A stretch of DNA of 55,790 nt, from positions 1 to 55,790 of the forward strand of contig JAQGDQ010000086.1 in the NCBI GenBank assembly GCA_030141605.1, read 5' to 3'. How positions within the stretch are numbered: position 1 is the first letter of the stretch; every line of letters begins with the position of its first letter. Both the position numbers and the translations under genes were made by a program. The DNA comes from Tubiluchus corallicola (taxonomy: Eukaryota; Animalia; Priapulida). The notes beneath the pieces are model-generated. The model made no database searches and was not told where the DNA came from. It saw nothing but the letters and a program-made list of their open reading frames with translations. Positions 36,824 to 46,550 of the stretch are shown piece by piece.

Positions 36824-39800
36824 ATGGGACAGACGCATAAATTGAGTACAACGTTCCTGGTTGTGACCTACTACCTTGAGGTGGCACTCCAGCTATACAC
36901 GACAGCACTGCTATTTCCCCACGACCATCACCACGGCTGGTTTCCGGTGCTGCTGGGAATTGTATGTGTGCCATTGATCCTCACAAATGTGATCTCCATC
37001 GTCTGGGTCTACCACAATATGGACTTTGCTGAACGTAGATGTGGAGAAGTCACTTGCAACTTCTTTCATCTTGTCCTTTTGGGACCATTGTGGAGGTGGT
37101 TTAAGATGTTTCTAGACGAGGACAACAATGACTACAATGAGTTTGTAACTTTGCATTTGGCTCACGGGGTCTTGCAAAGTGTTGTTTTTAGCACGGCCAT
37201 GACAACATTAATATATTCAAGTGTGAATTTTTCTCCTCTATTCATTAGTGCCGCCCTAATGAGTCTGTTTGGTGTCGCAACATCTGCAGCTGCATATATG
37301 GACCACAAGTCTCATAAACAGTCTACCCGGCCATTTGTCTGCGCTCTGATTCTGTTTCTATGGAAACTGTGTGCTATCATTCCACGCATTGTGTCTTTGG
37401 CGACATTTCTTTACGTTATGCCGCAATGGGGACCATTGGTACTGGCATCTCATTGGCTTGTGCTGTTTATATGGAAAAAAGTAGAACGAGCATATGTCAG
37501 ACGAAAATGCAGATGTGCTAATTGTGATGTTCACTGGAGAGACGTCATGATGTCTTTCCTAAATATCTTTGACTGGATAGCTGTTGATAGTCATATAGTA
37601 AAAATCATTGCTTATTATGTGTTAATGTTGTTCGAAAATGCTCTTCTGTTGGTAAGTTGGTTGCATCTTAATCCAGAACAATGGTTGTCTTTACCTACGA
37701 TATGTGCTTCAGCAGGTTGTTTTGTACTAAGCTTTACATTCATGGGATTGTATTACAGAATTCTACAAACTACTGTTGATGAATTCAAGTCAGAATCAAA
37801 GTGCAGTAGTTCTCCTGGAAGTTTAAAAGGCATTAGGGCTGTAGACGTTCATCATCCTGCTGCAGTGGCTTACCGCCATGCAAGGAGACCCCCTATTGTT
37901 AGAAAGAAGAAGAAGAAGAAGAAGAAACTTCCATCGCTCGGCCCTTCAGATGTAATTCATGAAAACATACCGTTTCGTGCACCAAATCCACAATTTTCGA
38001 ATCCAGAGTACCTTTTCAGCCCGATTTTCAATGCAATATCTCCGTCAAACTCTGATAATTCAACATCTAGTTCAAATACAGAAAGTACAGCTAATACCGT
38101 GATAGAAGTTAATGTGCATAGAGAAATGAATGACAAAGCAGAAGCAGTCATGCCCAAATGTGCCGGCACTGAAAATAAAAGAGATGACAATGAAAAACGG
38201 TCTTCGGGTATTGAAATATGGAAAATTATAACGAAAAATCTTGACAGTTTAATTCCAGGAAGGAAAGACTCCGTAGATTCTTCTGCAGTGTTCGATTTGG
38301 ATGACAATGTTGATCAACCTCAGCCATGCATTCCCAAACTGCAAAATATTGTAAAGGGAAATGGAAGTCCAAAAATAACAACTGTCTCAGAAATGGTCCA
38401 GCAAAAAACTCGAAGTACAAAGGGAAACAACGAAATTCCACTTAGACCTCTCATGGAGACCACAGCAGAAGTTCATAGGAATGGTAATCCAAAAACAGAA
38501 GTTATGGAGACAGAATGTATAGAAAGAATGTCAGTCAATCTTCCTCCAAAGTGTGAGGATGGTACTATGGTAAAAAACACACAATTTAAATCAGACGCAA
38601 ATGTTCCTGTTCAACACAGTGAATTTATTACAAAAGAGGAAGCAGTTATGGTAAATATACCCCTACAAGTGTTTAATGAAAATTTTAATGCTCGTCCAAA
38701 AACTGGGATGATGAAACATGTACGAAAACACCCACCAAGAAGTAGAAGTTGTTCTGCCAGTGAGCCTGTACCTACCCACGATGGAGACCACAGCTCAAAA
38801 CCACGCATCCCACTGAGAGAAAAGAAAACAAAAACTAGACAGGGTTCAATGCAAGGCAGGTCATCTAGTACTAGTGACATTGGGTCAACTGGTCAGGTCT
38901 TTAGTAAACAACCTAAACGCAAAAGTGACACAGACGCAATAACTGCACTCTTTGGTGAGCTACCTAACTCTATGAGCAATGTGGAACTTGGAGAGTTAGG
39001 CGATCTTCCTTATGAGCTGAATGGCGAAGGTAATGGTGACGATGAAGAAACAGAGGCAGCTTACGCGCGAATTGTTACTCATGTAAATACAAGTTACCCT
39101 TCAAAGTTTGATTCCTCTAGTGAAAGCAGTTGTAATGAATCACCTGGGCCATCAAGAGAGAACAGTATCAAACTACAGACAAAAAATACTGTCAACGACA
39201 CTTTAACAAAAGTCACTGTTGCTCTTGCTAATAAGAAAATGAAAGAGAGTAATGTTGATAGTCCCATGAATTTAAATACCTGCAATGACGTTTCACCTAG
39301 CAAGTACCTTGCAAGGTCAAGACTAAATAGTGATAGTAGTATAGAAAACGACTTATCAAGACACAATAACTCGGCTGAAGAGAAAAAACATTTACATGCA
39401 AGAAGTTTTGAAAAGGACAAACCAACAGCAAGTGGTGTGAGAAAAATGCTACGCTTCACTCCAAGGAAAGATTCTGGTCAGTCACCAAGATCTACTTCCA
39501 AAGAAAAACGAGGACATAAAAGAAAAGTATTCAAATTCAAATCTTCCACGAAGAAATCATTAGCATTTTCAGCCAAAGATATTCAAAGTCCGTCTTCACA
39601 GGGAGACGATACTGTGATGTCTCTTAGTGAAAACCAAAAAGCTGATGATTTAGCTAATGCTAGATGTAACGATCTACTTGACGAAATTCAAGTTCTTGTA
39701 CCTCCACATAAGAATAGCAAAAATAGTCCTCCTTCCTCTGGTCTAGTCATTATGTCAAAAGATACCTCCTTATCTGAGGTTGAAAATATGATTACTACAA

Positions 39801-40987
39801 AAACTAATTCAGAAAGAATCCCAAATAACACCAAATGTATGAAAAATGGTGAAGCAAAAGTAATAGCAGACAACGCAGCCAATATTAGATCTGCCAATGT
39901 TAAGAGCACTAGCGAGTTAAATGGTTCTTGTTTCACAAACGACAGTGCTGAAACTGTAATTGAAGTTCCTGGCCCGAAAACTGTTGCTAGAATAAGAGAA
40001 GCTGGAAAGCAATTAACAGCACACTTATCTGCATTTACAAAAGAGATGACTCGTCCTGAAGCAAGAAATGATTTGCTGCACCACAATAAATTTATTTCTG
40101 ACAAGAAGGGACCACACATCAGTGGAGAATTAGACTCAATGGATTTAATTCATTCGTGTGGACTGCCTAAATCAGTGCACCAAACAAAGGATGCAGTAGT
40201 GGTGAAAAATGCAGAAAACGTTTCAGTTCCAAGCGTCTTGCCCCAAAAGGCATTAACTGGTAAGCGGCATGCAATCAGTGCTTCACAAATTACTGAAAAT
40301 GTTCAAAGAAAACCTCTTCACAGCCGAAAAACATTAAGTTCGTCAGAATGTCAGCAGCAGAAGAATGGGTCAAACTTAGCAACAATGGCAAAAGATGGCA
40401 TTGGCTCTTCCGGCGTTAGTATGGCCACTAGTGACACGGACGACTCTGCTGGTACCGGAATGACACGAAAAAACCTTGTTAAAAGCCAGAAAAAGATCGA
40501 GAAGATTCATCAGAAAGCACACAGCGTTGTTGAGGACATAATTGCCTCTTATAGAATTGAAACAGAAGACGGCAGTGCATCACTGATCAGTGGAGTGGAA
40601 CCTTTGACCAAACACAGATCATCAATGGCCAAGTGTAGGCATTTCAAGCGCAGTGTTGCAGATCGAAGAGCATGCAGATTGGCAAAAACGAAAAGGACTG
40701 CTGACCCAATGCGGTCCAGTATGGTGAATCTTGAAAACGACCCAGGTAGCACTGCATTAGAAAGTTATGATTCACTAGATGAATTTGATTCAAAAAGTGA
40801 CACAGGAAGTGACGTCAGCCACGTTACTTGGCCACCTGGCGATCTACAACGTCCGCGCATGATTGACATGGAAAGTGTACCCCGTTTAAATGGAGTCGAC
40901 AATGTTGCTGACTGGATGGATAGAAATTTTGAGGGATTACAAACCACCAGATCACATCAAAAAGAAAAAGAAGAAAGTTGGTGCTGA
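36824..40987 (+). CDS. XK-related (XKR) membrane protein with very long low-complexity C-terminal tail
   Basis: 1387-aa uninterrupted ORF with good Kozak context (aaaATGG). The first ~315 aa show XK hallmarks: HLVLLGPLWRW, LWKLCAIIPRIVSLATF, SHWLVLFIW, YYVLMLFENALL, FMGLYYRIL. The remainder is S/K/E/N-rich and hydrophilic. Confidence 0.88.
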   Translation: MGQTHKLSTTFLVVTYYLEVALQLYTTALLFPHDHHHGWFPVLLGIVCVPLILTNVISIVWVYHNMDFAERRCGEVTCNFFHLVLLGPLWRWFKMFLDEDNNDYNEFVTLHLAHGVLQSVVFSTAMTTLIYSSVNFSPLFISAALMSLFGVATSAAAYMDHKSHKQSTRPFVCALILFLWKLCAIIPRIVSLATFLYVMPQWGPLVLASHWLVLFIWKKVERAYVRRKCRCANCDVHWRDVMMSFLNIFDWIAVDSHIVKIIAYYVLMLFENALLLVSWLHLNPEQWLSLPTICASAGCFVLSFTFMGLYYRILQTTVDEFKSESKCSSSPGSLKGIRAVDVHHPAAVAYRHARRPPIVRKKKKKKKKLPSLGPSDVIHENIPFRAPNPQFSNPEYLFSPIFNAISPSNSDNSTSSSNTESTANTVIEVNVHREMNDKAEAVMPKCAGTENKRDDNEKRSSGIEIWKIITKNLDSLIPGRKDSVDSSAVFDLDDNVDQPQPCIPKLQNIVKGNGSPKITTVSEMVQQKTRSTKGNNEIPLRPLMETTAEVHRNGNPKTEVMETECIERMSVNLPPKCEDGTMVKNTQFKSDANVPVQHSEFITKEEAVMVNIPLQVFNENFNARPKTGMMKHVRKHPPRSRSCSASEPVPTHDGDHSSKPRIPLREKKTKTRQGSMQGRSSSTSDIGSTGQVFSKQPKRKSDTDAITALFGELPNSMSNVELGELGDLPYELNGEGNGDDEETEAAYARIVTHVNTSYPSKFDSSSESSCNESPGPSRENSIKLQTKNTVNDTLTKVTVALANKKMKESNVDSPMNLNTCNDVSPSKYLARSRLNSDSSIENDLSRHNNSAEEKKHLHARSFEKDKPTASGVRKMLRFTPRKDSGQSPRSTSKEKRGHKRKVFKFKSSTKKSLAFSAKDIQSPSSQGDDTVMSLSENQKADDLANARCNDLLDEIQVLVPPHKNSKNSPPSSGLVIMSKDTSLSEVENMITTKTNSERIPNNTKCMKNGEAKVIADNAANIRSANVKSTSELNGSCFTNDSAETVIEVPGPKTVARIREAGKQLTAHLSAFTKEMTRPEARNDLLHHNKFISDKKGPHISGELDSMDLIHSCGLPKSVHQTKDAVVVKNAENVSVPSVLPQKALTGKRHAISASQITENVQRKPLHSRKTLSSSECQQQKNGSNLATMAKDGIGSSGVSMATSDTDDSAGTGMTRKNLVKSQKKIEKIHQKAHSVVEDIIASYRIETEDGSASLISGVEPLTKHRSSMAKCRHFKRSVADRRACRLAKTKRTADPMRSSMVNLENDPGSTALESYDSLDEFDSKSDTGSDVSHVTWPPGDLQRPRMIDMESVPRLNGVDNVADWMDRNFEGLQTTRSHQKEKEESWC

Positions 40988-42899
40988 GAAAGGAAAAGCT
41001 ACATTTTATGTCCAAATGCGTACAGGTTTATTTTTCTCTATGTTTAACCAGAATTGAAACACTATCACTGAAGATATTTAACGAGTAAACCTAGCTGGTA
41101 GTCTTAGAACTGCAGAAACTATTCAAATAATGATTAGCCCTTGTCCCAAGCATATAACACTCCATGGGCATTAAAATCTGCTGCTCAGATTCGCGCTCAG
41201 TTACTAGTTTGTAGAAATATTTTCTTAATTTTTGCGCAATTAACCTTGTCCAGTTTTTAATCGATTATCTTCATTAAATACAGAGTTTCGGACAGGATGT
41301 GTTTAGCCGAATATCTGTAACTTATTGCCCTTTCATATATTTGTCCAAAAAGAGTTACAAGTTTGTTAGCTTTGGCTCTGTGCTTAAGCTTTGCCCTTGT
41401 ATGTTGGCTTGATGACGACGTTTTTGTAGATTTTCTAAGTGCTTACGTGGTAGTAAGATAATTGTAAATGTGTGTGTAACGTATTTTGTGGATCGTATTT
41501 ATTTATCTCTACTGTTCTTTTTTAATTTGTTGCTTATAAGCTTGTTGTTATGGATTATTATAATTATCAGGGTGTAAATACGTTTTAAAATAGCGTTCAT
41601 GTAGTGCGTGTCTCGATGTATTAAAGTTTTTCATCAATGATGGTTGTTTTCAATTTATTCAAATTTTTCATCATCATATCATCATACGCGCGTCTCGTCT
41701 ATTGTAGACATTGGGCAGGCCGAATTCTAGAATAAAAGAACTCTACCTTCAGACAGGTAAACGCAGCAGTAATCCAGCAAAAAACTAGACACTGCTACGC
41801 CAGTGGCTTGTCAGCACCACTTCCGATAACAAAACCTACTGAAAAATTTTCAACATGCCACATCTTTATTATGAAAATATTTTTGAATTATTTTTAAAAG
41901 AATGAAAAGTGCCACACTCATAGTGTATCTACCATAAAAACCGCCAATCAATTACAAGTCATATTAATGCTGGGAAATAACAACCGGTAAATTACCTATT
42001 ACTATAATGATTTTAGGGTCTACCTCTGTTTATATTTTTGTAAGTGAAATACAATATGTGATAAAAATTAATGACATGTAGACCAGGTTTTTGAACTGCC
42101 AAAGTCTTTTTTAATTTAGCTTGTTGCATGTTCGTTGTGCAAGAGTCGGTGAATCGCGATTTCCGAAGCTTTTAGCTCTCTGAATCTTCTAATTCTCAGC
42201 AAATGCTGCCCTCTAAAAGAAGAAAAGCAAACCTTACATGTACGTATGAGCAGCTGCAAATGCCTAATTTTTTTAAAACGATTTGTTTTATCCTGTCCAG
42301 AGGGCAGCATCTGCTCAGGGTGAATCCTATATCTCTGGGGAACATTAGTTCACATATTGTAATAGTGCTAGGGCTTCGGTTTCTAAAAAAACCTGGAAGA
42401 CTTTGTTTTATAATTTTGGTCTCAACGTTGAATAAAATTTACTTTAGTTTAATAATTCGTTCTCTACAAATTGTTATTTAAGTAACGCAGTTCGCACGGA
42501 AAGGTTATACTTACGGTGAACGTTTTTAAATCATGTTCGCCATTATTTCAGCTAAACAATTATAACCAAAAAGTAATTGAAACTTACTAAATCGTAATTA
42601 CATAGTTTGTATGAAAAAACGTTAATCATTTTTGCTATTTATAATTTCACTTAAAAAGAGTACAATAAGGTAAATAAGGTTCCGTACTTGGTAGCAAATC
42701 AATGTTTGTCAGTGACTAGACTTGCAAAGTTACTGTACCATTAGTCTGTAGCCATCCAAAGAAAATTCAAGTCAAAGTAGAGTCAAAATGCAGATGTATC
42801 GGTCATTTTCAAACTAAAAACAAATTTTATTTCCCCAAGATCTGAAACGTTTTTAAACTGCTGAACTAATGTTTGTATGGAGAGGACATAATTATCTAT

Positions 42900-43330
42900 T
42901 AAATCAGATTAGATTTTTATTTCGACAAGTAGGTCATAAAAATACACACATTTGCAATGATAATTACAAAGAACATCTAAGACTACAATAAAATAATAAA
43001 AATACTATTATTAGAATTATAAATAGAATTATAAAACAATTCATGCAATAAACATGTAGTATCTTTTAAACCTGCAGTCAGTTCTCAGTCATCTATAGCT
43101 AAACGAATGTTAAGTATACAGTTCATATCGAATGAGTTTAAATGTTTCGGACTGAAAATAGATGTTCGAATAGAAAGTTTTATGAATTCTGTAGAAATAG
43201 AGAGTAAACTCAATTTCCAATGTCTAACCATAACATCAAAGTAAGGGATATCGTAATCTAAAAACATTTGTCTAACACTACAATAATACTTAGGTGAGAA
43301 TAATTTTCTAATACACTTATTTTAAGTATA
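42900..43330 (-). mobile_element. Probable LINE 3' end
   Basis: Short minus ORF end (43085-43267), T-rich UTR, AATAAA plus (AATCT)-like tail at ~42900-42925. Confidence 0.4.
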
Positions 43331-43399
43331 TTTAGTATTCCTATTATTATAGAGAAATAATTTTCTCCATATGGACATTCCATTAATAGGAATGTCGGT

Positions 43400-43512
43400 A
43401 AAAACGGCATATGAAAAAATGGCACAAATGAAAGAGTATGTAAAAATGGCACAGGAAAAAATGATACAGAAAAAATGGCACAAATGGAGAAAGTAGGTAA
43501 AATGGCACACTT
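43400..43512 (+). repeat. Minisatellite of AAAATGGCACA-type units
   Basis: About 5 degenerate units; inverse orientation of the array at 44322-44538. Confidence 0.8.
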
Positions 43513-43571
43513 AGTAAAATGTGTGTTTAGCGTTAGGGTTACAGTGGGCGGGGGTGTATAATTATTTCAGC

Positions 43572-44290
43572 TATTTTTACCCCTGCCAAGGAAGTCGTAT
43601 ATTCAACACAGTCTGTCTGTCTGTCTGTCTGTTTCGCCAGTAAGCCTATTACGCGAAAACTATCTAACAGATTTCTAAGAAATTTAGTGAAAATAGGTCG
43701 ACTTATGGGGTGCCGAAAATGTAAAACTTGACCTAACATCATCTACAAAAAACATTCCTGAATGTCTGAGAGGAAGTGTTTAGTACTTCTTTTTTGTCAT
43801 CACCACTTAACTGCTGCTTATTAATGTGTACAGTCTAATAAGGTGACTCGGTAGGTATACATTTGTCAGTCTATTACAATCGCCAAAATTAATGGTTAAA
43901 CACTATGTGGAACATCCGTGCATTATTAATTATAAATCTATTTAATGAAGAAATATTTTGTGAGTCTTTTGCTAGTCTATACTCTATATAGTACCAATAC
44001 AGGTACATGTTTGTATGTTTGCTTGTTTATCTTTGTGTTAATTTTTCTAATGGTTAAACACTATGTGGAACATCCGTGCATTATTAATTATAAATCTATT
44101 TAATTAAGAAATATTTTGTGAGTCTTTTGCTAGAGTCTATACTCTATATAGTACCAATACATGTACATGTTTGTATGTTTGCTTGTTTATCTTTGTGTTA
44201 ATTTTTCTAATCAGAAGAATCAGACAAATAAGTTTAATATTGTACGGCTTTGGCTGAAATATGCTTCCTGCTGAGCGCATTTTAGTTTTA
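43572..44290 (+). mobile_element. Helentron-associated non-autonomous element (HINE/DINE-like)
   Basis: 5' ttttacccctgccaagg, (GTCT)n microsatellite, attacgcgaaaactat..agattt..gaaattt core; 3' ctttggctga..gc..tgagcgcattttagtttt subterminal inverted repeat and T-rich end. Confidence 0.6.
43891..44210. repeat. Tandem duplication, 2 x ~158 bp, near identical
   Basis: aatggttaaacactatgtggaacatccgtg starts at 43891 and 44048. Confidence 0.95.
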
Positions 44291-44321
44291 TTACAGAAAT
44301 CAACTGCATCAAAATAACATA

Positions 44322-44538
44322 TGTGCCATTTTCCCTACTTTATCATTTATGCCATTTTTTTCTGTGCCATTTTTACCATACCATTTTTCCTGTGCGATTT
44401 TCCTGTGCCAATTTTTCTGTGCCATTTTCCTGTGCCATCTTTACCGTGCCATTTTTCCTGTGCCATTTTCCTGTGCCATTTTTCCATGTGCCATTTTTAC
44501 CGTACCATTTTTCCTGTGCCATTTTCCTGTGCTATTTT
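44322..44538 (-). repeat. Minisatellite of ~14-15 bp TGTGCCATTTT(T)CC units
   Basis: More than a dozen degenerate units; source of three spurious overlapping ORFs. Confidence 0.92.
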
Positions 44539-44564
44539 TAATAGAAGTGCAATGGCTTTTAAAA

Positions 44565-46550
44565 CTAAAATTTTAATATCTCTAGAGCATTTTCAAAAAT
44601 CACGACTAATCATATTTGCTCTTGCATCTAGCAAACATTTTGGAACCCTGATGTCTTCGTCATCAGCGCCAGAATCTGTGATAACATGTCGTAAATATTT
44701 CTCGTCGTATACCGCATTTAATTGAAATGATTTATAAAAGATTTTTCCAAATTACATTATGTTTCGCAGTTCTTGGTTTTACAGTGATTAGCTTAGTATT
44801 TTGCAATTAGTTATGACGTTAAACTGATTTGCAAATTTGTTGTATACCTCTATATACTGAGTGAGCAGTTCATGGCACTGATTGGCCGTCAAGCAAACAT
44901 CGTCCTCAAGTGCTGTTTCTATAACCGCCTTGCAAAGTATTGCTGCGCTATTTCTATGTGACTGAGTGCCACATAAAAATATAGAGGCTGGAGCTCATGC
45001 ATTCACCAATGTCTCACAAATAATATATCACTTGCTGTCCCTCAAGCCAGTTCTTGGTGGTCTGTAAAACAAGTGCTGTTTCCAGTGCCGAATTTAAATC
45101 TAGGCTTAGCAGGCTGAAGTCTTTTAGCGGGACCTCAGAATCTGGAGCTTCAGGCCAAGGTACCAGCCTCGCGGTAATATATCTTGCTACATGTAAAGCG
45201 TTTTTACTGTGTAAAATTTTGTCATTTTCATTTTTTATGTACATGCGTTTCATTAACTGCTGCTGTGTTTATTATTTGCACATTGCGATAGTTGTATTAA
45301 TTGCTGCTTATTTAATTTGCTCTATTATTTCTATCTGTGGCGTCAACGACCTTAATGCTCTGTGCACAAATTAATTTCAACTGTTTTATTGTCAAAAGTA
45401 GTTTGACATAATCATTTCGATAATAATTGCTTTCTTAGTAATTCCTTAAATACCATCCTTTTTGTTGGTTTCATTCTCAAAAGGGATCCATTTTATTCTA
45501 ACCATGTAACTAAAAACGCTAACAACATGTTGTATTTTTCCTAAATAAATTCCTGCTTATTGTACAAAATATTCACAACTTGTAAAGTGTATATTGTTAA
45601 GGATTATTGTAAAGTGTTTTCATGGTGTCAGTTCTAACATTAAATATAAATTTTATGCAATTTCTTCATCCGTTAAGGTATTTAACAATAACATCTTATA
45701 TTCTTTAGTTTAGAGGAACTATTCTGTGTTGCGGATCCCTAAGCACCTCTTATCATCTTTGGCTTCACACAATTTTATTTAAACATTCTGGAACCTTCTT
45801 CTAGTTTTGGGGGTGGAAATTGGAGGGTCTCATAAATAGCTTATGGCGTCTCTTTATGTAATCCGGCGGTGGCCAGCCTTTTTCAAATGAGCGTCCATTT
45901 TTGAGATATTAAAGACACCTTATTAAAGATAATTAAAAATTGCTTGAAGTTTAAAAAATCCTGCATACTTTATGGGTGGACATTTGGAAGTTGTTTGAAG
46001 TGACTCACTCTCTTGCATACGTAAGAAAATGTTTTCCGATTAGTTTATGCCAAATATGAGCATAGAGGGCACGCTTGCGTATCTCTGGGCAATAAAAAGC
46101 GATTATTGGAAAGATAACTACCAAGGTTCAAAAAAACAGCACACTCACTTCTGGAATAGCTGGCTTTACCCAAGTGTGGCTCAAAAAATGTTCTTGTCTT
46201 CTATTAATTTTTAGCAACGAATGCTGATTTTGCTGCATTCCTCAAGCAGAATAATATTAACCTGAAAAGAATCCGTGATAATGCAGCTCCTGCTGATCAT
46301 AACTTTAGAGACAGAAGAGTGGCCCACAGCTGCAAAAACGGCGGCGCGTGATCATAGACGGCATCTTACTGTCACTTACCAAGTATTCAATTCAAAAGTT
46401 CGACTCGAACTATTGGACGGGGGACAAACTGAACTCAAGACTGTGGACCAAAAACAAGGCTCCCTTAATAGAAGCGAAATTTCTTCTAGTATATTCGTTG
46501 AATTCGTTTGCAGGTTGCGGTTCTAGCTCGCCAATGCTGCCATCTTGAAT
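44565..46550 (-). pseudogene. Decayed coding-like sequence of unrecognised family
   Basis: Long protein-like minus-strand stretches broken by stops and frameshifts, e.g. MKRMYIK..ARLVPWPEAPDSEVPL..NWLEGQ, AAILCKAVIETALEDDVCLTANQCHELLTQY, LRHVITDSGADDEDIRVPKCLLDARAN. Confidence 0.35.

Noticed and set aside
37957-41015. Minus-strand ORFs within the XKR gene
   Set aside because: Antisense shadows of a long real CDS; the same applies to ORFs overlapping the GPCR and VWA genes
44321-44725. Cys/Phe-rich ORFs and CRISPR-like periodicity
   Set aside because: A 14-15 bp minisatellite with no unique spacers and no cas genes, in eukaryotic context
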